From Macrostomum hystrix (taxonomy: Eukaryota > Animalia > Platyhelminthes): a stretch of 64,000 bases of DNA. The stretch covers positions 1,860,001 through 1,924,000 of the forward strand of contig CATNEN010000037.1 in assembly GCA_950097015.1 (NCBI GenBank), written 5' to 3'. The translations under genes were made by a program, and so were the position numbers. Position 1 is the first letter of the stretch. The number at the start of each line of letters is the position of its first letter. Shown piece after piece: positions 37,051 to 48,976 of this stretch. Under the pieces are notes generated by a model. It saw only the letters and a program-made list of their open reading frames with translations, was not told the DNA's origin and made no database searches.

Positions 37051-40000
37051 CTGCAGATTCCAAAGGAAAATCAGAGTTTGAAATTTGAGGTCGATCCCAT
37101 CGTCATTGACAAAATTTTTAAGCGCCAATTTCACAGCTGCCAAAGTTACTTCAGAACCGATCGCTGCCTTCATGTACACAGTCTTGTCTTCAACCTGAAG
37201 TTTGCTATTATAGAACAGCCGGAGAAATTCAAGTGACAAATCCCCGTCACTGTCGCATGAACGGAAAAACACCACGGTGAGCTTGTTGTACAACATGAGA
37301 GCAGCTGCTGCGCTTCGGTAGCAGCCTTCAAAGGGTTCCGTGCCCACTACTTCACTTTGTATGCAGCGAGACAGCTGAGCTGTAGCGTGAGTGCGAAGGC
37401 CACTTATTCGCGGAGCGAACATAGAAAGAGACAAATTTTTATATTCATCCTCCTCACTGCTCAACAGAAGCTCTGTGAGAACATACGAGAACACAGTTGT
37501 TTGAACGTCCGTGTCTAGGATGGCCTGCTTTAGCAAAACATTAAGAATCGGCTCGAGGCACTCTCTTCGCAGAAGCAGCAGTTGAAGCTCTCCAAACTGC
37601 TGCTTTTCCAGCAGTCTTTGCTCCTGCCGACGCATCGTGTTCATATCGTGCACTGTTTGTTGCTGCTGCTGCTGCTGTTGACCGCTGCCCTCCTTGCTCA
37701 TCCGGCCTTCCTCGTACATGGCCTGAGCTGCTAGTTGAAGGGCGGCCCTGTAGGTGGGCAGGTCGATAAAATTGTGTAGCTGATGAATTGTGAAATTTCG
37801 GAACTCATCAGCGTTCAGAATTTCTGTAGAAAATTTAGTCTCTTCAATTTGGAGAATCGACCCAATCAGATGAGCCTGCTCCTGAAGACAGTTTGGATTC
37901 GGGTCATTGCGACAGAGCTTTTGTTTGAAGATCCGAAGTCGCTCTTGGGAATCGCCTATCTGAAGAATCTTCCGCGCTGTCTGTGTTCCTATCTCGAGGA
38001 AAAGGCGCCTGAAGAAAGCTTTGTTGACTCGCTGCCACTTCTTGGAAGCCTCGTCCTTTGCCTCGTTTGCGGTTGCCTGTACCTGTTGCTGATCTGAACT
38101 GCTTTGAAGTTTTCGTTGCACCAATTCCTTATATTTCATGATGAAAGCATCTTCAGAGATGATTTCGCCATCGCGCTTGAAGGCGTTGTCTGTCAGCGTC
38201 TCTGCAAGCTCCTTGGCGTCAAATGACAAGTTGCACAGAAATTCCTCGAACTTCATTTCATCGTCTGGGAGATGACAGTTTTTAGCAAAGTTGTCGACAT
38301 AGGTGCTCAAGGGAAATTGAACCTCCTGCTTGACCATGTTCCTCAAAGTGAGGAGAATATAGAAGCGCATGGAATGGGTATTTGGAAAAAACGAATTGGA
38401 AGCCAGGCAGCTGATCGCTCTGTCCACAACTCCATGACGAACAAGAGAGAGCTTGTAGCCGAACTCAGCAGCTCGGGCGAAGAAGATCCAGGCCCCATCG
38501 AACATTGTGCAGACGACTTCTTCTGTCAGCAGGTTTAAAGCGGAGAACTCATTGATCGCTAGCCTGATCATAAAGAACTCGAACATCGGCTCCTTGCTGC
38601 TCCATATGAGAAGTGTGTAGCCTCTGAGGCTTATTTCCACACAGCGTTTTTTCAGCTCCACTTCTCTAGCGTTGGAGATTCTGATTCCTGTCCTTAGAAT
38701 GGTCTCTGAAAATTTGAGGATGCAGCGAAACGGAATGGTTGGATCCCGCTTGTCCTCAGCAGTCTCTTGAAACTCCTTCGTCTTAGAATGACACCAGTCT
38801 TGCGCTTCTTGCAACCTTGAGAGTAGGTCATGATTCTGGTATTTGGCAGCAACAAACTTTTGCAGATCCGAAACCTGTTCATAAAAAGTGGCTATTCGCT
38901 GTTCAACCTGGCCTTCCGGCTTTTTTTCCAAAATACGTTCGTTGGTGCACTTAGCCAGCATAGCTTGCAACTCTTCGTTCTCACTTAACTCCCTCCAAAT
39001 CTGCGGCCAGTGGATGCTGATATCCGGCAGATATTCGTTAGGATAGGAGGCCAAGTGTACCTTGGATTCCTCGATAGCCTTCATAATTGCCTTTCTTTGG
39101 TTTAATAGCTTCTCATCAGTTTTCATAGAGATCCCCCCTTGAAGAGGCAAATACTTAAGTGCGTAAAATTTCCTCACAGAGAAGAGCTTCATGAGCTTTT
39201 CATCCTCTCCAACATCTTCCTGCTTCAACTCCGGATTCTCCACATTCGAATTGAACAGAATGGTATGGTTCCAGGAGTCTGCGTAGCGCAATGCAAGCTT
39301 GCTCTTCGCTGCACGAAGCACCACACTGAGCTGCACTGGACCTGCACGCTGGAGAAACTGGTGCACATTGTAGGCGAGGAATTTCAGCTTGGAGTAGATA
39401 AATTGCTTCGTCAAATTCTGGGAGTCATAGTCCGAAAGTGTTGGATCAACCGAATGATGCAGGATAAAGTGGGTGGACGCGGCGAAGCCAAAGAGGTCCA
39501 GCAGGAAGTTCCCAGCGGGACAGAAGCTTTCTTCTAGCTTCTCTTTAAAATTCTCTTCAAGCCTGTTGTTGCCATCAAGAGCGCCACTGATGTTGTCGAT
39601 ATTATCGCAGATATCCAGATATACAATCTGCTCCTCATCTAGAACGTACATTATGACACCGACCTTGAACATCGTGGCAAGAATCTGGTTCTCGGTGAGC
39701 TGATAGCCAAAGCCGATGATCTGGTCGTGGATGAAGGTGGTCGTTCCACTACTCATCGCTCCACTAACGGCGATCACTTTGAGACCATTGGGCAGTTTCC
39801 ACTCCGCTGGATCTCCCATCTTGTACTTTTGCTCTGCTTCATCCCACAGAATTAGAGGCACCACTCGGCAAAGCTTCGATTTAAAGGAAGACTCTCTAGA
39901 GTGCTCATAAAGTATTTTTCCACAACTTTCCTCTTGGTGTTCACTAGCTGCTTTGTGCTTTTTATTCTGTGGGTCATTTTCTTTTTCAATTTTATTCTTT

Positions 40001-41472
40001 GAACCAACGAATACTTTTGCAGTAGCCTGAAATACAGAACTTCCTGGTTGTCGCCCAATTGCGCCTACACGTACTCTATCAGGGTCACCTGCAGTTCTTG
40101 ATGTGACGGTTTCAAATGTTTTTGGAGCTGGCATATGCTCTAGTTGCGATTCGTTCATAGCTTCTCGCCTTCTCTGCGCTTTGTATTGAATGATCTCAAG
40201 CGTATCTTTAAAATGTCGAGTTTGCTCAACGCGTTTCGAATCTATTTGAAGTTGTGGTTTTAAAGCACGCGATGAAGCGTTCGGTCCAGACAAGCTGGTG
40301 CTTGGACCATCGGATGGTCCAGTGAACGACTCGAAACCATCAGTCGGTCCAGTTTGCGGATTGGGAAGAATCGAAGAGTCATCGCCCCGCCGAGGAAGCT
40401 CCGTTGATGGGGTATCGTCAGTCGATACAGCGCTCAAAGAAGCATTCGGTCCAGACAAGTCGGTGCTTGGACCATCGGATGGTTCAGTGAACGACTCGAA
40501 GCCATCAGTCGGTCCAGTTTGCGGATTGGGAAGAATCGAAGAGTCATCGCCCAGCCGAGGAAGCTCCGTTGATGGGGTATCTTCAGTCGATACAGCGCTC
40601 GAAGAAGCATTCGGTCCAGACAAGCTGGTGCTTGGACCATCGGATGGTCTAGTGAAATCCTCTGTCCATTGGTTGTCTCTTATGACTGATAGAAGATGAT
40701 CAGTATGAATACCTTGTTCTTGACGAGTTTGCGTGTTTTCAGTTTTCAGCCATTCTGTTACCACAATAGGTTGTTGCTGCTGGTACATATTCCTGAGATA
40801 GCGCGCTCCGGTCATGGCTAAGCCACCAGCAATTGAACAGGCCAGAAGAGCAGGATCTATTTTACCGGCGAAGGCCACCTGACCGACTATATTTGACGCA
40901 AGATTAGCGAAAATTTGCCCAAAGTCGCTAAGTACGATGATCGCAAAATCTGCTATCTGTCGTGGAATGATTTCTCCTAGACAGTTACTGACAAACTGTT
41001 GGATTTTCGGTCCAATCGTTGGATCTTCTAAACAGGCAGGAACAATGGCAGCAAGTGCAGTCGAGAAAACTGCGCGGACCAGGTTTTTATGCCACGGCTT
41101 GCCTCGCACAAGGTTTATAATGACATTGGAGATGGCCCCGGTGATTGCACCGGCGAGTCCCCGAAAAGTTACATTTGCCACTGAAGGGCTGAGTCCCAGG
41201 GCAGGGCCGAAAAGCGCAGAGGCTGCTGATGCGCCAAAGGAAAAGACACCACTGACTATACCGATTAAGGCACCGATGCCAACCTCTTTCCAGAATGGCC
41301 TCCAATCCAGATCTTGCCAAGCGCCATAGAGACCAGCGACTCCAGCACTGATAAACCCTGACACTAAGATAGATAAAACCGGTGTCATAACAGGAACAAA
41401 AATTACCACCGCTGCAGCAGCAAGGAGAAATGCGGTGGCAAACAGAAACTTGAACACTCGTCCCCAATTCAT
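37051..41472 (-). CDS. Large (~1,480 aa) uncharacterised protein: Gly-rich multi-helix hydrophobic N-terminus, S/T/P repeat, degenerate GBP/RHD3/VLIG-like P-loop domain, helical (ARM-like) region
   Basis: Uninterrupted 4.4-kb ORF between the acceptor tttggaatttcag (~41489) / ATG 41472 and the donor CAG|GTAAGT (37051/37050). VIAVSGAMSSGTTTF resembles a Walker A lacking its Lys, and IVYLDICD a Walker B. Coding status is near-certain; the domain calls are by eye. Confidence 0.75.
40272..40655 (-). repeat. In-frame 165-bp (55-aa) coding tandem repeat, ~2.3 copies
   Basis: cggtccagacaag recurs at 40282, 40447 and 40612. Confidence 0.9.
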
Positions 41473-44400
41473 TGAAGTGTCAAAATCTGAAATTCCAAAT
41501 AAGAGTGTGAATAGCTTAATAAGTATCGAGTGCTTGAATAGTGCAGTGTCGCACAAATATTAGTCTTTGTAAATTAGATTAGCACTTCCAAATAAGTGTT
41601 ATCGCATTTGTGTAAAGATCTACTTTATCACGAGGTGAACTAACTTAAATCGAAAGTCAAAGCCCACACAGGCTAGCTGATTTAATATAGCCGATATAAG
41701 TTATGAAAGATTATAAAATTAACTTTTTACCATACAAACCTCAAAATATGATAATTTCTTTAATGTTTGGCGAGATTTAAAAAAGCTACAAAAGGAACAT
41801 AAATCAATGATCTGAAATAACTGCATGGTTGACATGACTATATGCATAATATTGTTTCTTTGTCGTACATACCATGTAAGGTTCTGTTGTCTAAGCTAAC
41901 AAAAATAATCGAACAAAAAAGTACTCGGTACAGGCTGTTCTGTTATTTGTTTGGACCGATTCAAGTACATAGATGTGTTTGAGACCAGATAAGCTTGTTA
42001 TAAAGTTGCAACTATAGGTAGTATATGGGCCATAGCTATGCTTCCCTCACTACGATTTTAATGGTATCACGTAAAGCAGACTGACGCAATGAGTGTAAAA
42101 GAGGTTGCACCACTTTGCCCAGCTTTTGCAATCTAAAATTCAGCAGTGAACAAAACTTTACTCACATTAAATACGGCATTAAAAATATAAGTAAAAAAAG
42201 AAAAATATAATAATAAAAAGAAGAATAATAATAAGTCTCCAGTGACATTAAAATTTTCTAAAGTTAAGCGTTCTTAACTCTCAAACTAAATTCACAAGCG
42301 ATAATGCAATACAAACAGAAAGGAGGCAATTCAAGTCTATCCGAGAAAAAAGGTACTAAAATCTCCTGGCCCTACTTATCATAATTATAAAACTCAAATT
42401 GTGAAAACGTTTATTAAAAGTCCATATAAAATCTCAATGGCAATTACAATAAAATTTAGAGAAAATTTCCATGATCTACGAACTGTATTAAGATATTTCA
42501 TTTATTAAAGTTATAAATGCTTTAAGTCTATTTTCACTTTTTCCTTCTAGTTTGTTAAAAATGATTTTGTTCAAGGCCGTAAAGAGACACGACAGTATTC
42601 TTGCGATGCCTTTCAGTTTGTTGTAACCGATATAGGGTATCGTTTAGCTAAAATAACTTTTAATATTACCTATTGCGATTTATGATTGCGGCCGGCGTTG
42701 AACAGTTGTTCACCGGTGTAGTAAATAGCCCGCAGCCCAATTGAGACTGCATGCAGGTAAATTAAGCTCCGAACCACGTTTTGGGACACAGCAGCAGCAA
42801 TTGCGCCCAATCCACCTGATACAAGGCTACTAATAAGCCAAGATGCCACCGTACCGCGGAAAAAAAAGAAGAAATTTCAGTGCCCTCAGCCAATTGGGAG
42901 GCGTGACGCCATTCTAGTGCCTAACGAAATCCCCTAACGAAATCGCGGTAGCATGACCAGCAGCGCGGACGGACGATATAGGCTTCGCCGCAACGACGAC
43001 ATTACCTCTGGCCGTGGTAGAGTTAATCTGGTTGGGTTTATACGCCACCGAATAGCGAACGACGATAAAAGGAAAATGGCTACCTGATTTGACCTTGACC
43101 TTGGCGGTGACCTTAACGGCCAGCACCAACCTAGCTGGGTGGGACCAGCACCAACCGCGGCCGACGACCGTGGTGCAAGCATTGAAAATAAGCCCTAAGA
43201 TAGATTAGCATCTGTGTAACTTGGACGCCGCCCATTACCTCAACAGGCGAGCAGAACGGCCCGGCGGACCTTACCTGCATGGTGCTAGCTCCCCCCATTT
43301 CTGGTCTATGCGGGCCGTCCAAGCAGCGACCACCTTCACAATCTTCTTCACGATCGCCAGGTCCTTCGGCCGTGTCACAACCAAAGCTGATACGATCGAT
43401 TTGGAGCTTAAAAAGTCACGACTGATGGGCCTCGTTCCGCAGTAACTTAAAAGTGCGCGAAAAAAACTGAAATATGAAACTCGAAAACCAGTGTGCTTCT
43501 GCGAAAATAATCTCTGCAGCAATGATCAGCATCGGCTGAATCAACAGTGCGAGCAAACCGTTAACTGGACCGATGCCTATGCCCAAGCCGAAGGAGGCCG
43601 CTTATATTACTACTACTAGTAGAAAGCAAATGCTGTAGAAGAAAGCCAATCAGATCGATGGACCGACCGCCGAGTGGGATCGGCTCAGCAGCACATCAAA
43701 CACGAGAAGGCGGAATACTGGATGGAGAAGGCGGCGACACTCAAAATCAACGGCGACTTTTTCTCCCCTACCCTAATTTCACCCTGTAAATTCGCAGCAT
43801 CAGGGGCGACCTCCACCAACTCCACGTCACTGCTATACGCTCTTGATCACCGCTGATCCAAACTAAGGCAGCGATACCAAAACGCTAATCTCCGACTGGG
43901 TTGCAAACAATTAGGTCATCGCCAGCTCAAGGAAGCGTCACTGCATAGTTTGGATTACTCGCAGCTAGGTTGGACATACAGCTGAGTTAGAAGACGTCTT
44001 GCCGAAAGTTGCAGCCGTTTGGTCTCAATCTTTTTCGAACACTTTATTGGAGTCTTAGATCCTTAATTAAAATACATAATAAACATTTTGGCAACTATTT
44101 ATTGTTTCAGAAAATTCGCAACAAAAGTTGGTTCGAAGATAAATCCAAACATGAATGTGAAACTTTATATGAAAGTTTCGACGCGTTTCGCACTCCAATG
44201 TGCATCTAGATATGGATTAGTTAGGAACGAAATTGAACCGAACTTGGATGAATTGTTTTTGCATGCCTGTGTTGCTGTTGCTCTATTCAGGCGCAAAAGA
44301 AATTGTCGGGCTATCGGCCTCTTTGGTAGTTCTACTTTTAAGTAGTCCTTCGGAAGGGTTTCTTTGGCAGCTCGAATTCTTTATATTGGCTATTTGTTCT

Positions 44401-46009
44401 GCTTGGTCGATGTTGCGAACAGAGGGATAACTATAATGCAGGAATTACAATGGCGTGTGTAAAGCGTCCTTAAGCAATTATATCTTCTATGAAACAAAGA
44501 GCGCGGAGAGGTTATTTTCTCGCATATCGATGGCTCCCAGATTGGCTCTTATATTTAGTCTTTTTAAAGCGTTCCTTTGCGTTTCATTTTTGTTGGAATA
44601 TAGCTGAAGACACGTAAAATTTTTATGTGAAAATAATTTTTAATAATATAATAACAAAAAACGTTTTTCGTTCTAGATAAAATGTACTCGTTTGAATTAG
44701 TTTTGTTTATGAGTTTAGTTATAATAAGCAAATTGTTTTCAAAATATGCCTATGTGGCATTTTTGTCACGATTAACCCAAATCAAATCGACTGACGATTA
44801 TGTCTCGGTTGAATAATCCACTAGCTTTTAATTTCAAGATTTAGCATAGTAGCTGTCAGAGCTTATCCATCAGAGCTTATAAAATAAGCAGGATAATAAA
44901 GTAGTGTTAGCAATAATAATATAAATTATAGTAATAATATTAGCTTAGGCCTTAGTTTCCTCGTTCCTTATTCTTGTTTTGTTTCCTCGATTCACGATAA
45001 AATACAGTCTAAAACCATCTGTAATAAATGTCTAAGGCCTTAGGTGCAAATTAAATGTATAAGCCAAATTCTTTAATGGCAGTGCTTATCTTCACTGTCC
45101 CATGCAACTAGTGCCAAGTTTATCCACATGGATCTGTGTGAAAATCCCCACCTTATCCACATGGGGTGACATAGAATAGAAGCTTGCTGAGACAAGAATA
45201 GACCACCGCATTGTATATGTTATATGCCCACCATTGTGAATGCCCACCATTTCTAAAATGATTTTAGTAACTTCTTTGCTCAATTTGATTAAGCTTTTTA
45301 AGAGTTTTCAATTAAGCTAAATGAATTTATAGATTTATTAAACCAAATAATGCCAATAAGGGCGTATATATATCCTCCACTATACTAAAAATGAAATGCT
45401 TGCTTGCTTGGTTGGTTGCTTGCTTGTAATTGATTTTCTCCCGAGCGGCTCAACCGATTTTCACCATTTCTTCACCAAAAGATGCTAAATATCGGGACAA
45501 TTTTACACGTATTTTTATTAAGCTGAACTTTATTGCTAAGGGGGTTAAATATTCAAAAAACATGTTTTTTGACCTTTTCAAAGGTCAAACTATCTTGGCC
45601 TATTGAGAATTTCATTCACTGACTGCCACTGAATTAGAATTGCATCGTCAAATTGTGCAACAACCCCTAGCTGATTGAATTTGAAGCCTGCACTCAGGAG
45701 ACAAATAGGAAATAAATGTACACAACCAACCGCGAGACTGAGTGTACTCTATTTTCTCACTTTGTTGTACAAAGCCAGAACTTTGAGAATTCATTTTATA
45801 AGGCTGATTTTTGCACCCACTAACCAACAGTCGGAATAGCCTATGTGTAGGCACTAGGAATAGGTTATAGGCTAGGCTAAGGTTCGATTCTGCACTGCGT
45901 CAAATCATTTTAGACTAATTTTCAGCCAGTAGAGATTGAAGACTATTTTAATTTATTTTATTCATTTCGTAAATAAAATATCATAAATCATAGCACACCT
46001 GAGTTTGAA

Positions 46010-47640
46010 TCATTGCAAAAATAGAGTTTGAATCATGGCTAAACCAGAGTTTGAATCATGGCTAAACCAGAGTTTGAATCATGGCTAAACCAGATCTTGA
46101 ATCATGGCTAAACTAGAGTCTGAATCATGGCTAAACTAGAGTCTGAATCATGGCAAAACTGGAGTCTGAATCATGGCTAAACCATAGTCTGAATCATGGC
46201 TAAAAAGAGTCTGAATCATGGCTAAACCAGGGTCTGAATCATGGCTAAACCAGAGTCTGAATCATGGCTAAAATAGAGTCTGAATCATGGCTAAACCAGA
46301 GTCTGAATCATGGCTAAACCAGAGTCTGAATCATGGCTAAAATAGAGTCTGAATCATGGCTAAACCAGAGTCTGAATCATGGCTAAACCAGAGTCTGAAT
46401 CATGGCTAAAATAGAGTCTGAATCATGGCTAAACTAGAGTCTGAATCATGGCTAAACTAGAGTCTGAATCGTGGCTAAAATAGTCTGAATCATGGCTAAA
46501 CCAGAGTCTGTATCATGGCTAAACCAGAGTCTGAATCATGGCTAAACTAGAGTCTGAATCATGGCTAAACCAGAGTTTGAACCATGGCTAAACCAGAGTT
46601 TGAATCATGGCTAAACCAGAGTCTGAATCATGGCAAAACCAGAGTTTCAATCATGGCTAAACCAGAGTTTCAATCATGGCAAAACCAGCGTCTGAATCAT
46701 GGCTAAACCAGCATCTGAATCATGGCTAAACCAGAGTTTGAATCATGGCTAAACCAGAGTTTCAATCATGGCTAAACCAGCGTCTGAATCATGGCTAAAA
46801 CAGAGTCTGAATCATGGCTAAACTAGAGTCTGAATCATGGCTAAACCAGAGTCTGAATCATGGCTAAACCAGAGTCTGAATCATGGCTAAAATAGAGTTT
46901 GAATCATGGCTAAACCAGCGTTTGAATCATGGCTAAACCAGCGTCTGAATCATGGCTACACCAGAGTTTAAATCATGGCTAAACCAGAGTTTGAATCATG
47001 GCTAAATCAGAGACTAAATCATGGCTACACCAGGCTTTGAATCATGGCTAAACCATCATCATCAGCATGGCTAAACCAGAGTTTGAATCATGGCTAAACC
47101 ATCATCATCAGCATGGCTAAACTAGAGTTTGAATCATGGCTAAACCAGAGATTGAATAATGGCTACACCAGAGTTTGAATCATGGCTAAACCAGAGTCTG
47201 AATCATGGCTAAACCATCATCATCAGCATGGCTAAACCAGCGTCTGAATCATGGCTAAACCAGAGTTTGAATCATGGCTAAACCAGAGTTTGAATCATGG
47301 CTAAACCAGAGTTTGAATCAAAGCCAACCAGAGTTTGAATCTTGGCTAAACCAGAGTTTCAATCATGGCTTACCCAGCGTTTGAATCATGGATAAACCAG
47401 AGTTTGAATCATGGCAAAAACCGAGTTTCAATAATAGCTAACCCAGCGTTTGAATCATGGCTAAACCAGAGTTTGAATCATGGCTAAACCAGAGTTTGAA
47501 TCGTGGCTAAACCAGAGTTTGAATCATGGCTAAACCAGAGTTTGAATCATAGCCAACCAGAGTTTGAATCATGGCAAAACGAGAGTTTGAATCATAGCCC
47601 ACCAGGGTTTAAAACATGGCGAAACCTGAGTTTGAATCTT
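46010..47640. repeat. 23-bp minisatellite (gagtctgaatcatggctaaacca), followed by an 18-bp array at ~47660-47820
   Basis: Direct tandem array, ~70 copies. Confidence 0.95.
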
Positions 47641-48976
47641 GGCTAACCCAGCGTTTGAAAAATCAACGTCAACTGGGGAGTCATCATCAAAATGGGGATC
47701 ATGGTGAACTGGGGGATAATCGTCAACTGGGGGATCATGGTAAACTGGGGGATAATTGTCAACTGGGGGATCATTGTCAACTGGGGGATCATTGTCAACT
47801 GGGGGATCATTGTCAACTAGGGGGTAATATAGGCATATTAAAAGTTGAATTCCTAATAATATAATTTTTTGTTACAATTCACTTTAGCAACATAGCACAT
47901 AGGCAAAAGCCACTTTGGCAAGAGTTGACTTGGAGACAAGCATACTTATACTTATATTATTTTTCACTCAAATACTTTTGCTCTTTTTGTAAAACTTGTC
48001 ACTGAAGTTAACTGTTGCCAAAGTGTTTTATCACCTTGTCAACATACAAAAAAGTAGAATAGATAGGGCAAAAATTGATTGTAAACACAAATGGTTAAAC
48101 TTTTATTTTTCTAACAGCTTGATCTATTCTAGGCAGATTTAATTGAACCTTGAGGTGCGGCTTTCAAAAGGCAACCATTGTTTATGGAATGCACCTGTGG
48201 CTAGAAATTATTATACATATTTGTCTGGCTGGCTGTAGTAATGTTGCTATCAATGTAGTTCCATCAGCAAAAAAATGACAGAAACTTTTCTTTTTTGCAT
48301 CATCTACAAGAGTGCTTGTATAACTCTCGAGCTTGAAAAAATCCATAGCAAAATTGGCACGGCAAAATCCAATGCTAAATCAGATGAGAAATTACCTCAG
48401 AGAACAATAATAAACTTCATTAAATTCACAGAGAAAATGTAACTTAGTCATGACAATGAAAAATAAAAGACGGTCAAAATGACTCTTACCGTCTGTTTAG
48501 TATTAGATAAAGAATTTTTACTTCCTGAACAAACAATTCCCATATGACAATGCCGCACCAAAAATGATCCCTCGGTCAAAATTCTCAAATGTAAAAAACT
48601 CTATCTAGCCATGACTGTTACCTTCCAGTGTATTAACATAACCAGGTGTAGATATGAGAACACAAACATGTGTGTATGAGTAAGCATGTGTTACATAAGT
48701 GTACACATCTGCCCAAGGACTTCTTCAAATAGCTTCTTCTATATAGATGCATATATTCTGAGGTTCAAGCTTTGTATTGGGATATAATCTACATTCTCAC
48801 TGCTTTGTGGTTTTTCGAAAATGCCCAAGCACATAGACTGCCTAAAAATGTCAGTTAAAGTAAAAATAACAGTTCTTTCAAATTCAAACAGTTCTTTCAG
48901 TTGCAAAATTTGCTAATCTGCTTGTTGAGTTAGCAAAAAACACATTTAATATTTAACTAACATCGTCTTTCTTCAG

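Noticed and set aside
42914-43522. Short minus-strand ORFs (63-83 aa) as protein-coding exons of the giant gene
   Set aside because: No recognisable domain, and the only frame compatible with the 41488 acceptor has a stop just upstream of the donor; treated as promoter or UTR sequence.
45120-45161. Two TTATCCACA DnaA-box matches
   Set aside because: A bacterial motif in animal intergenic DNA; part of a short local duplication (ttatccacatgg), with no other prokaryotic signal.
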